In this document: in pieces, positions 16,909 to 26,195 of the stretch
Numbering within the stretch: the stretch's first letter is position 1
Layout: the number at the start of each line of letters is the position of its first letter
From: Mucisphaera calidilacus
GTDB taxonomy: Bacteria; Planctomycetota; Phycisphaerae; Phycisphaerales; Phycisphaeraceae
Direction: 5' to 3'
Assembly: GCF_007748075.1 (NCBI RefSeq)
Contig: NZ_CP036280.1
Location: forward strand, 1,410,001 to 1,442,000
Length of the DNA: 32,000 bases
Made by a program: the position numbers and the translations under genes
Notes under the pieces: generated by a model
The model's database searches: none
What the model was told of the DNA's origin: nothing
The model's input: only the letters and a program-made list of their open reading frames with translations

Positions 16909-17573
16909 GATGTTTCCCTGCGTGGTATGGCGATGAGGAAGTGGTCGGGTGCGGCTCTCACCAGCCAGAGATTATCTCCGGCAACGATATTGTGTCGCGT
17001 ATAAAAACCTCGCCAGTCACGTTCGCGGAAGATTCCCGTGCGCAGTGACGTGCGCACATCCGGCGTTCCCGGGCGTGTCAGGGTGAATTCCTTGAGCATG
17101 AGGTGCTGGCAGGAGGCGGGCACGCGCAGGTAGCTGTTGCGGATGGCACCCGCGGTGACGGTGATGCGTTTGGCGAGCAGTTGTTCCTCTGAGAGCGTGA
17201 TCCAGGCGCGGCCGGAGGATCGGGCGGGCGAGTCGGGGTAGGCGAGGGGCGCCACGTCGCATAGCGTGACGAGCGTCAGGTACCGGTGCTCAGCCCGCTG
17301 CGCCCAGAAGTCGGGACCGGCGTGGATGGCGTGGTTAAATCGGCGTCGGATGGCGGCGAGGTCACCCGGACCGAGTTCACGAGCGAAAACCTCACGCGTC
17401 ATAGCGATTCCGCGTATCGGCCCGGACGACTGCTTGAGCAGCACAGCGTCACCCGGTTCGATGGCCTGCCAGGGCGGGATACGGTGCCGCGTGAGGCGGC
17501 ACTCGACACGCTTGCGACCTTCGAGAATCAGCTCGAGGTAGGGCTTGCGGATGATGGCGAGGTGGGCGGGCAC
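16905..17573 (-). CDS. ASCH (PUA-like) domain protein fused to a C-terminal B3/AbrB-like barrel domain; function unknown
   Basis: N-terminal IRKPYLELILEGRKRVECRL...GDAVLLK...GPIRGIAMT...YLTLVTLCDV matches the ASCH pattern. C-terminal IRNSYLRVPASC...DWRGFYTRHNIVAGDNLWLVRAAPDHFLI looks like a DNA-binding pseudobarrel. GTG start with AAGGAC upstream, 19 nt after the carA stop. Confidence 0.7.
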   Translation of the reverse strand: MPAHLAIIRKPYLELILEGRKRVECRLTRHRIPPWQAIEPGDAVLLKQSSGPIRGIAMTREVFARELGPGDLAAIRRRFNHAIHAGPDFWAQRAEHRYLTLVTLCDVAPLAYPDSPARSSGRAWITLSEEQLLAKRITVTAGAIRNSYLRVPASCQHLMLKEFTLTRPGTPDVRTSLRTGIFRERDWRGFYTRHNIVAGDNLWLVRAAPDHFLIAIPRRETS

Positions 17574-17592
17574 GCTTGCCTGTCCTTAGGCC

Positions 17593-18798
17593 TCAGACCG
17601 ACACAACCTTGTTACGGGCCCGCTGGGCGTTGTCCATGTCCGCGGCCGAGGGGCTGTTCCCGCTCTCCATCATGGTGGCGAAGCAGTCGAAGAGGTAGGC
17701 GGCGTCGTGAGGGCCGGGGCTGGCTTCGGGGTGGTACTGGACAGCGAACAGCGGATGATCCTTATGCCTGAATCCCTCAAGCGTTCGGTCATTCAGGTTG
17801 ATGTGGGTCGACTCGCCACCGGCCTTCTCGAGAGAGTCGATGTCGACGGCAAAGCCGTGATTCTGGCTGGTGATCTCGACCTTCTGTGTGCCGAGGTTCT
17901 GGACCGGCTGGTTGCCACCACGGTGACCGAACTTGAGCTTGAAGGTCTCGGCACCAAGGGCGCGGCTCAGGAGTTGATGCCCGAGGCAGATGCCGAAGAT
18001 CGGCAGCTTGCCGATCAGGGACCGTGCCGTTTCGACCGTAGCCTCGACGGCAGACGGGTCGCCCGGGCCGTTGGAGAGAAAAATCCCCTCGGGTTTATGC
18101 TCCAGAATGGCCTCGGCAGGGGTGTCGTAGGGAACCACAGTGACATCGCAGCCGTTGGCGACCAGGTGCCGGAGGATGTTGTGCTTGGCGCCGCAATCGA
18201 TGGCGACGACCCGGCGTCGTGCCGCGAAGTCGGGCGTATCGCGTCGGCTGTCCCAGGAATCCAGATCGGCGGTCCACGTCTCGGTATCGGGCCGCGAGAC
18301 GTCGGCGACAAGGTTACGGCCAACAAGGCCGGGGCTGTTCTTGGCGCGTTCAACAAGCTCCCCGTCCTCAATGGCGGGATCGGTGCACAGAACCGACTTC
18401 AGAGCACCGGTGACACGGAGCTTGCGCGTCAGGGCACGCGTGTCGATGCCGGTGATAGCCGGAATGCCCTGCTCGTCGAGCCAAGCACTAAGGTGCTGGG
18501 TCGCACGGTAATTGGAGTCGCGTTCGGCCAGTTCACGGACGGCGAACCCGGCGAGGAAGATACGCCGTGACTCAAGGTCCTCAGGCGTGATGCCGTAGTT
18601 CCCGATGAGCGGGCACGTCATGGTGACGATCTGACCGGCATAGGAGGGATCGGTGAGGATCTCCTGATAGCCGGTGAGGGAGGTGTTGAAGCAGGCCTCG
18701 CCATCGACCAGAGCGGGTGCGGTGTGTCCGAAAGCGGCGCCCCGAAAGATGGACCCGTCTTCGAGAGCGAGTCGTGCGATCGTTGTGTCTTGCGTCAT
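17593..18798 (-). CDS. carA: Carbamoyl-phosphate synthase small (glutaminase) subunit
   Basis: FNTSLTGYQEILTDPSYAGQIV, ICLGHQLL, GHRGGNQPV, NHGF, QYHPEASPGPHD. ATG 18798 is preferred over GTG 18804 because TAGGAT lies exactly 6 nt upstream of it. Confidence 0.93.
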   Translation of the reverse strand: MTQDTTIARLALEDGSIFRGAAFGHTAPALVDGEACFNTSLTGYQEILTDPSYAGQIVTMTCPLIGNYGITPEDLESRRIFLAGFAVRELAERDSNYRATQHLSAWLDEQGIPAITGIDTRALTRKLRVTGALKSVLCTDPAIEDGELVERAKNSPGLVGRNLVADVSRPDTETWTADLDSWDSRRDTPDFAARRRVVAIDCGAKHNILRHLVANGCDVTVVPYDTPAEAILEHKPEGIFLSNGPGDPSAVEATVETARSLIGKLPIFGICLGHQLLSRALGAETFKLKFGHRGGNQPVQNLGTQKVEITSQNHGFAVDIDSLEKAGGESTHINLNDRTLEGFRHKDHPLFAVQYHPEASPGPHDAAYLFDCFATMMESGNSPSAADMDNAQRARNKVVSV

Positions 18799-18804
18799 GC
18801 ACAC

Positions 18805-18810
18805 ATCCTA
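18805..18810 (-). promoter_or_regulatory. Candidate -10 box TAGGAT located 6 nt upstream of the carA ATG
   Basis: The minus strand reads TTTTTTcaagaccaacggactggaTAGGATgtgtgcATG. There is no SD. The box lies immediately downstream of the gap terminator. Confidence 0.4.
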
Positions 18811-18828
18811 TCCAGTCCGTTGGTCTTG

Positions 18829-18861
18829 AAAAAAGCCCACCTGCTCTTCAGCAGATGGGCT
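18829..18861 (-). terminator. Rho-independent terminator of gap
   Basis: The minus-strand RNA reads AGCCCAUCUGCU-GAAG-AGCAGGUGGGCU. This is a 12-bp stem with one G.U pair and a tetraloop, followed by a U-run. It starts about 25 nt after the gap stop codon. Confidence 0.8.
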
Positions 18862-18886
18862 CTGGGTTCAGTTGTACGTGCTCAGT

Positions 18887-20110
<1,224 letters not shown>

Positions 20111-20183
20111 TTACGACCAGACCGCTGGCGAGGGAGAAGACGCCCCGCTGTCGGTATCGGCGGTCTCGGGCCTGATCCAGCGT

Positions 20184-21533
20184 GTGCTCCAGCGATCCAT
20201 GCCGAAGCGAATCAGCGTGATGGGGGAGGTCGGGAATCTGTCGGTGCGCACGCACTGGTACTTCAGCCTGAAAGACGCCGACGCGACCCTGCGATGCGCC
20301 TGCTTCGCCAATCGGACCCGCAGCGTGAAGTTTCGGCCCGAGAACGGCATGTCCGTGGTAGCGACGGGCCGGCTGGACTACTACCCGCCGAGCGGCTCCC
20401 TGTCGCTGATCGTGGACAGGATGGAACTGGCTGGTGAGGGGGCGCTGGAGGCGGAATTACGGCGTCGCGTGGCGGAGCTTCGTGAGTTGGGGTACTTCGA
20501 TCCTGAGCGCAAGCAGACGCTGCCAGCCTTTCCGAGCCGGATCGCTGTCGTGACCTCAGGCGCGGGGGCTGCCTTGCAGGACGTGATCGACACGACGCGT
20601 CGTCGCTGGCCGGGATGCGAGCTGTTGCTGGCAGACGTGTCCGTGCAGGGAGCGAAAGCGGAGGCAGAGGTGTCTCGGGCGATCCGGGCTCTGTCGGCAA
20701 GCGGACCCGAAATGGGGATCGACGCAGTGATTCTCACGCGTGGCGGCGGGTCGATGGAGGATCTCTGGGCCTTTAACGAGCGGTCGATCGCAGACGCGAT
20801 TTTCGAGTGCCGCCTGCCGGTTGTGGCTGCTATCGGGCACGAGGTGGACACGACCATCGCGGAACTGGTCGCCGACGAACGCGCGGCCACGCCTACACAG
20901 GCGGCCATGCGGCTGGTGCCGGATCGAGAGGCCCTGCGGCAACAGGTCGACCAGACAGCACGGCGGCTGGCCATTCAGGCTGAGCGTCTCGTGGAGTCGG
21001 GTCGACGCCGGCTCGAACGTGTAGAGAGTACGGGGCTGTTCCGTCAGCCGCGGCGATGGCTCAACGAACGAGGGGAACAACTGGATCGGCTCGTAGCTCG
21101 ACTCGGGCTGGCGGTGCGAGCCGGCGCAAGGCCGCATCGGGATCGACTGGCGCGTCTGGCTGGCGAGCTGGAGCGCGCGGCGTCGCGTCGGGTTGAGGGG
21201 TCGCGGGGCGAGGTTGAGCGTCTGCTGCCAAGGCTGGAGCGGGAAGCGGAGCAGAGCGTGATGCGGGCCGCCGATCGGTTCTACGGTTTGGCACGACAGC
21301 TTGAAGCGGTAGGCCCCCAGCAGGTCCTGAGCCGCGGATACACCTACACGCTCACCGGCGACGGAAAACTGGTGCGGCGAGCCGCCGAGGCGCGCGCAGA
21401 GACTCGGCTGCGGACGGTCTTTGCGGATGGTGAAGTCCGGAGCGTCGTGGAGAACGCACCGAAGCGCGCCGCGAAGACCAAAGCCAGGAACGGGGATGAA
21501 GGGCTCTTTGGTTCGGTGACTGAGGATCGTTAG
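20184..21533 (+). CDS. xseA: Exodeoxyribonuclease VII large subunit. The minimal GTG-start model is given here; homology continues upstream to about 20145.
   Basis: HWYFSLKD OB-fold motif, ...IAVVTSGAGAALQDV..., TRGGGSMEDLWAFN, AIGHEVDTTIAELVADERAATPTQAA. The in-frame upstream sequence encodes PLSVSAVSGLIQRVLQRS, which is typical of the XseA N-terminus, but it has no ATG/GTG/TTG. CTG at 20103 has GGAG 6 nt upstream. Confidence 0.85.
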   Translation: MLQRSMPKRISVMGEVGNLSVRTHWYFSLKDADATLRCACFANRTRSVKFRPENGMSVVATGRLDYYPPSGSLSLIVDRMELAGEGALEAELRRRVAELRELGYFDPERKQTLPAFPSRIAVVTSGAGAALQDVIDTTRRRWPGCELLLADVSVQGAKAEAEVSRAIRALSASGPEMGIDAVILTRGGGSMEDLWAFNERSIADAIFECRLPVVAAIGHEVDTTIAELVADERAATPTQAAMRLVPDREALRQQVDQTARRLAIQAERLVESGRRRLERVESTGLFRQPRRWLNERGEQLDRLVARLGLAVRAGARPHRDRLARLAGELERAASRRVEGSRGEVERLLPRLEREAEQSVMRAADRFYGLARQLEAVGPQQVLSRGYTYTLTGDGKLVRRAAEARAETRLRTVFADGEVRSVVENAPKRAAKTKARNGDEGLFGSVTEDR

Positions 21534-21537
21534 CGGT

Positions 21538-21543
21538 TAGACT
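21538..21543 (+). promoter_or_regulatory. -10-like TAGACT located 6 nt upstream of the xseB ATG (possible internal leaderless promoter)
   Basis: Sequence ggtTAGACTctgagcATG. No SD in the 16-nt xseA-xseB spacer. Confidence 0.25.
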
Positions 21544-21549
21544 CTGAGC

Positions 21550-21804
21550 ATGGCAGATCCCAAACCCAAGGCCGCGGCGAAGCTCTCGTTCGAAGAGGCG
21601 ATTGACGAGTTGGAAGGGGTGATCGAGGCGATCGAAGCGGGGGAGATCGGTCTCGAAGAGGTGCTCAAACGGTACGAGCGTGGCGTGGGCCTCATCCACC
21701 GCTGCAGGGACGTGCTGGAGCGCGCCGAGAGCAAGCTCAAGAAGCTGCGCGTGGATGAGGACGGCGTTTCGATGGACGACGACCCGGGCGATGACGAGGC
21801 CTGA
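21550..21804 (+). CDS. xseB: Exodeoxyribonuclease VII small subunit
   Basis: LSFEEAIDELEGVIEAIEAGEIGLEEVLKRYERGVGLIHRCRDVLERAESKL matches the XseB helical hairpin consensus. Confidence 0.9.
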   Translation: MADPKPKAAAKLSFEEAIDELEGVIEAIEAGEIGLEEVLKRYERGVGLIHRCRDVLERAESKLKKLRVDEDGVSMDDDPGDDEA

Positions 21805-22952
21805 TGAGCATGGCCTGGGTGATTTACACGTTTATCCTGGCCATGGGGCTGAGCGTCGGCAGCTTTCTCAACGTCGTGATCCTGCGCATGCCCGAGGGGC
21901 TGAGTCTGGTCCATCCGCCGTCACGCTGTCCCGGGTGCGGTTACCGATTGCGGGCGTGGGACAACGTTCCCGTGCTGAGCTGGTTGCTGCTGCGTGGCCG
22001 CTGCCGCGGGTGCGGGCAGACGATCAGCGTGCAGTACCCCCTGGTGGAACTCGCCTTCGGCCTGATGACGCTGGGACTCTGCTGGTGGCAGATCAACCGC
22101 TACGGGGGAGACCTGGCAATCGCGCAGGTGGTCTATCTTTTGTGGCCGCTACTGGCGGTGCAGGTGTTTCTGCTGGGCAGCCTCTTTGCGTCGACGGCGA
22201 TCGACGCTCGTCATTTCATGATCCCCCTCAGCCTCTGCTGGCTGCCTTTTGTCGTCGCGGTGGTGGTCTATCCGGCGACGGCGGCGGGGGGGTGGCCTTA
22301 CCTCGGACCGTACCTGCCGGCCGGCTGGGCCGAGCCGGTGATGGGGGCGGTGATGGGGCTGCTCGTGGGCATGGTGCTGCTCATGACCGGCATCATCCCT
22401 GCCAGTTTCGCGGACTACGAGCAGGTCATGCGATCACTGACGGGTGAAGAGGCGGACACCGACGTGGCGGGGGAAAACGCGCTCTATCCGCACCCCAGGC
22501 GAGAGATCCTCAAGGAAGTGCTCTTTCTCATGCCCGCGGTGGTCGGGCTGGGCGTGGGTTGGATGCTTCGTTCCCCGGTGCCGATGACGGGCGCGATGGA
22601 TGCCGCGGTCGGCGTGCTGGGCGGTGCGCTGGTCGGTGGCGGGCTGATCTGGGTGACGCGGATCCTCGGAACGCTCGCCTTCGGTAAGGAGGCGATGGGG
22701 CTGGGCGATGTTCACCTGATGGTGGGCGTGGGTGCGGTGCTGGGCTGGCGTGACGTGACGCTGGCCTTCTTCATCGCTCCGTTTCTGGGGTTGTTGGGGA
22801 CCTTGCTCCTGGCGGGTCTGGCGGTGTTTCACTCGGCCCGGGCGCGGGTGCTCCCGTACGGCCCTTATCTCTCGGTGGCTTCGATCGTTGCACTGCTGGC
22901 CGGCGATGTCGTGACCGGGTGGCTCGGTATTTCTGCTATCTTGGCGGGCTAA
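21804..22952 (+). CDS. pilD: Prepilin peptidase / type IV leader peptidase (A24 family) with N-terminal zinc-ribbon methyltransferase-type domain
   Basis: FLNVVILRMP...SRCPGCGYRLRAWDNVPVLSWLLLRGRCRGCGQ...YPLVEL. GLGDVHLMVGVGAVLGW (GxGD). PYGPYLSVA. The ATG overlaps the xseB stop (TGATG). At 382 aa it is longer than typical PilD proteins. Confidence 0.88.
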   Translation: MSMAWVIYTFILAMGLSVGSFLNVVILRMPEGLSLVHPPSRCPGCGYRLRAWDNVPVLSWLLLRGRCRGCGQTISVQYPLVELAFGLMTLGLCWWQINRYGGDLAIAQVVYLLWPLLAVQVFLLGSLFASTAIDARHFMIPLSLCWLPFVVAVVVYPATAAGGWPYLGPYLPAGWAEPVMGAVMGLLVGMVLLMTGIIPASFADYEQVMRSLTGEEADTDVAGENALYPHPRREILKEVLFLMPAVVGLGVGWMLRSPVPMTGAMDAAVGVLGGALVGGGLIWVTRILGTLAFGKEAMGLGDVHLMVGVGAVLGWRDVTLAFFIAPFLGLLGTLLLAGLAVFHSARARVLPYGPYLSVASIVALLAGDVVTGWLGISAILAG

Positions 22953-22975
22953 GCGCCGTTCCGGATGGCGCTTTG
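22952..22975 (+). terminator. Weak candidate terminator hairpin after pilD
   Basis: AGCGCCGTT-CCG-GATGGCGCT forms a 9-bp stem including 2 G.U pairs. It starts at the stop codon and is followed only by TT, so the T-tract is poor. Confidence 0.25.
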
Positions 22976-22999
22976 GCAGCCTGCTAGAGACTCGAAAGG

Positions 23000-23653
23000 A
23001 TGATGATGGCACGGCAGACACGGATGCTCGCTGGATTGTTGGCTGTGGTGATGTTGCTGGTGGTCGGCTGTCAGCCGAACCGACGTGTTCTGGAGGAGCG
23101 CGAAGCGCTCTACATACAGAACCAGGAACTCCAGGAACAGTTGAACGGCGCACGGACGGCGCTGGAAGTGTGCGAGCGTGACCGCTCAAACCTGCTCGAC
23201 GAGATCGAGCGTCTCAAGCGTGAACTGGCCGCCAAGCCCGAGGTCATCGTGCCCGACAACGCCTTCGCGGGCATCGCGGGCATCGAAACCGAAGCCACCG
23301 ATACGCAGATCAAGGTGCGTGTGCCCGGCGACGTGCTCTTCGCGTCCGGCTCGGTCGAACTCAAGGCAGACTCCAAGAACACGCTCTCGGAGATCGCTAG
23401 GGTCATCCGCCGTGAATATCCCAACCAGCTCATCCGGGTTGAAGGACACACCGACAACGACCCGATCCGCAAGAGCGAGTGGGAAGACAACCTCGAGCTG
23501 AGCCTGCAGCGCTCGGCGGCGGTCCACCGTCACCTGCAGAGCGCGGGCCTCAAGATGGACCGCATGTACGCGGCCGGCTTTGGTGAGGCGCGTCCCGCTT
23601 CGACCAAGGAACGCAGCCGCAGGGTTGAGATCGTCGTGCTGTTTGCCGAGTGA
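23000..23653 (+). CDS. OmpA/MotB-family peptidoglycan-associated lipoprotein with coiled-coil linker
   Basis: Lipobox LVVGC. Coiled-coil segment. OmpA-like C-terminus VLFASGSVELK...RVEGHTDNDP...NLELSLQRSAAV...GFGEARP. Three consecutive ATGs at 23000/23003/23006 follow AAAGGA, so the exact start is uncertain by 1-2 codons. Confidence 0.88.
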   Translation: MMMARQTRMLAGLLAVVMLLVVGCQPNRRVLEEREALYIQNQELQEQLNGARTALEVCERDRSNLLDEIERLKRELAAKPEVIVPDNAFAGIAGIETEATDTQIKVRVPGDVLFASGSVELKADSKNTLSEIARVIRREYPNQLIRVEGHTDNDPIRKSEWEDNLELSLQRSAAVHRHLQSAGLKMDRMYAAGFGEARPASTKERSRRVEIVVLFAE

Positions 23654-23695
23654 GCAACAGCGTCGATCGTCCGAAGAAACTGACTGGAGTAAGCC

Positions 23696-24337
23696 GTGCT
23701 GGGCATTGTCAACTACGGCATGGGCAATCTGCGCTCGGTGCAGAAGGCCGTGGAACGCGTCGGCGGTGACGCGTCGATCGTCGCCGACCCCGCGGGCATT
23801 GCTGATTGCGAGCGGCTGATCCTCCCGGGTGTCGGCGCGTTTGCAGACGGCATGGCACACCTGAGAGATCTGGGGCTGCTGGAAGCTGTCACGCACTATG
23901 CGGCCGGCGGCCGGCCCATGCTGGGGATCTGCCTGGGGATGCAGCTGCTCTTTGACGCCTCGGAGGAAACGGACGGGAGCGTCGCGACCGTCGAAGGACT
24001 TGGCTTGATCCCGGGTGTGGTTCGTCGGTTCCGGTTCGAGAGTGAAGACGTAAAGCACCTGAAAGTGCCGCACATGGGCTGGAACCGTGTCACGCCGGTC
24101 AAGACGCACGCATTGCTTGCAGGCTTGGATGAGGCGTCGCACACCTACTTTGTGCACGGCTATTACTGCGACCCGGCCAGAGACGAAGATCGACTGGCCG
24201 AGACGGATTACGGCGGATCGTTCTGCTGCGTCGCGGGCCGTGGCAACCTTGTCGGGACGCAGTTCCACCCGGAGAAATCACAGGCTGTGGGCCTGCGGAT
24301 TCTGACGAACTTCCTGAACTGGCAAGGGGAGGCCTGA
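23696..24337 (+). CDS. hisH: Imidazole glycerol phosphate synthase, glutamine amidotransferase subunit
   Basis: LGIVNYGMGNLRSVQKA, LILPGVGAF, GICLGMQLLF, PHMGWN, YFVHGYY, GTQFHPEKS. GTG start with GGAG 6 nt upstream. Confidence 0.92.
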   Translation: MLGIVNYGMGNLRSVQKAVERVGGDASIVADPAGIADCERLILPGVGAFADGMAHLRDLGLLEAVTHYAAGGRPMLGICLGMQLLFDASEETDGSVATVEGLGLIPGVVRRFRFESEDVKHLKVPHMGWNRVTPVKTHALLAGLDEASHTYFVHGYYCDPARDEDRLAETDYGGSFCCVAGRGNLVGTQFHPEKSQAVGLRILTNFLNWQGEA

Positions 24338-25482
24338 TGGACCTGGCCGAGGAGAACCCCTGCTTTTACGTCGGAACCGACGACCACGCCGATCCGCTTC
24401 GCGAGCACGCCGTCTTCCCGCTGCTGGCCGATCCGCAGAGTTACGTGGCGGGGACGTGGGACATGCGTCACAACCACGAGCAGCGGACCTACTGGCTCGG
24501 CCTGTTCCGATCGCACTTCCCGCTGCTGATGGCGGAGGCACGCCGGGAACGCGCCGACGCGGGCGCGGACACGGAAGCCGTGGAGTGTGCGCTGAACAAG
24601 GCACAATCGGATTTCATGGCCTACGTGGATGCCTGCGAGGCAGACCCCGACGGGATCGAGCGGCTCGACATCCTGTCGCTCTGCTGGGCCCGCGAACGCG
24701 CGCTCAGGGCGGTAGGCATCGCCGACCCCTACCGGCTGGCCAAGGCAGAACACACCGAGTCGGCGCTGGGGTTCCTGACCGCGTGGCTGGAGGAACTCGA
24801 TGCGATGCCTCGTGCGGAGAAATGGGAATCCCTGCTGCGTGGCGTGCTGGCGGGGAACCTGTTTGATCTGGGCGCGACAAAGACGGTGCACCTCTATCAG
24901 GAGGGTGGTCAGGCGCCGACGTTTCACGACACGCTGAGCAAGCTCAAACCTCGCCCCTGGTTTTGTGACGACGCCGATGCCTTCCTCGCCGAGTGGCCGG
25001 GCCGGATGTTCAACAAGGCTCTGCTCTTCATCGACAACGCCGGGCCGGACGTCGTGCTGGGGATGCTGCCGCTGGCTCGTGAGCTGGCGCGGTACGGACG
25101 CGTGGTGGTGGTCGCGAACGGCGCTCCGTCCCTGAATGATGTGACGATCAGCGAACTCGACGCGTTGCTGGAGCGGGTCTCGGCGATGGACCCGACAGTT
25201 GCCGAGCAAGTACGAACCGGACGGATGACGACGGTATCGAGTGGCAACTGGGCGCCCCTCATCGATCTCACGCTGATCTCACCCGAGTTGGCTGCCGAGG
25301 CATCAGACGGCGTCGACCTGGTCGTGCTCGAGGGCATGGGCCGCGCGATCGAGACGAATCTCGAGGCCAAACTGACCTGCGACGTACTTAAGATGGCGAT
25401 GATCAAGGATGAGGGCGTCGCCTCGGCCAAGGGAGCCGGGCTTTTTGACCTGGTCTGCCGCTTTGAATCAGCCGAATCATGA
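24337..25482 (+). CDS. DUF89-family (ARMT1/PanK4-C-like) metal-dependent damage-control phosphatase
   Basis: LLFIDNAGPDVVLG, VANGAPSLNDVT, LVVLEGMGRAIETN motifs. The ATG overlaps the hisH stop (TGATG at 24335-24339). Confidence 0.75.
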   Translation: MDLAEENPCFYVGTDDHADPLREHAVFPLLADPQSYVAGTWDMRHNHEQRTYWLGLFRSHFPLLMAEARRERADAGADTEAVECALNKAQSDFMAYVDACEADPDGIERLDILSLCWARERALRAVGIADPYRLAKAEHTESALGFLTAWLEELDAMPRAEKWESLLRGVLAGNLFDLGATKTVHLYQEGGQAPTFHDTLSKLKPRPWFCDDADAFLAEWPGRMFNKALLFIDNAGPDVVLGMLPLARELARYGRVVVVANGAPSLNDVTISELDALLERVSAMDPTVAEQVRTGRMTTVSSGNWAPLIDLTLISPELAAEASDGVDLVVLEGMGRAIETNLEAKLTCDVLKMAMIKDEGVASAKGAGLFDLVCRFESAES

Positions 25483-25544
25483 TCCGAGCATAATTGTGGT
25501 GGCGGAATCTGCAATGAATGGGGAGACTGGGCGTTGGAGTGTTG

Positions 25545-26162
25545 ATGCAAGACATGAGACGGATATCACTCGGCTTTACGCTGATCGAACTACTGGTGGT
25601 CATCTCGATCATCTCGATCCTGATCGGGATTCTGCTCCCCTCGTTGGCCGCGGCACGCAATGCGGCCCGGAGCGTGGGCTGTCTGAGCAACCTGCGGCAG
25701 ATCGGCATCGGCGTGGAACTCTATCTCGACGCCAACCAGCGGGTCTACCCGCGCGTTCGGACAATGCCTTCCCCTTTCCCGACGGCATTGGATGATCCCG
25801 TGCCGCCTTACATCGGCGTCAAACTCGACCCTTACCTGCAGGGGCTGTATGACCCCGATGCGGATCGCGGCATCTATATATGCCCGGCAGATACTCAGGT
25901 GGCCGAGTTGTGCGGAGCCAGCTACGGATTTGAGTCGGCCTTGAATCACCGTACGCTCGAGGACAGCCCGCTCGTGAGACGTTTCCGCTTGTCGCCTTCA
26001 CAGATCTGGGTGCTGCAGGACTACGACGGCTGGCCCTTTGTGCTCGAGGACGGCTCAGAGATCGAAGTTGATTTCTTCCATTGGCGTCGCAACGCCTATC
26101 ACGCCGATGGCCACGCCTCGGCGATGGAGAGCAGCGGCGACAACCCCTTCACCCCCGATTGA
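25545..26162 (+). CDS. Prepilin-type N-terminal cleavage/methylation domain protein (pseudopilin, DUF1559 / H-X9-DG-like)
   Basis: [10 protein letters not shown]|[24 protein letters not shown] class-III signal. [21 protein letters not shown] is typical of DUF1559 proteins. C-terminal H...DGH motif ([15 protein letters not shown]). GGAG 5 nt upstream of ATG 25545. Confidence 0.85.
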   Translation: MQDMRRISLGFTLIELLVVISIISILIGILLPSLAAARNAARSVGCLSNLRQIGIGVELYLDANQRVYPRVRTMPSPFPTALDDPVPPYIGVKLDPYLQGLYDPDADRGIYICPADTQVAELCGASYGFESALNHRTLEDSPLVRRFRLSPSQIWVLQDYDGWPFVLEDGSEIEVDFFHWRRNAYHADGHASAMESSGDNPFTPD

Positions 26163-26195
26163 CACTGTCGATCTCTACAGACCAAGGACACAACC

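Noticed and set aside
23186-25209. Two long minus-strand ORFs (23186..24268, 360 aa; 24208..25209, 333 aa)
   Set aside because: They are antisense to the OmpA-like gene, hisH and DUF89, all of which have strong family motifs. Their products are Arg-rich with no recognisable domains.
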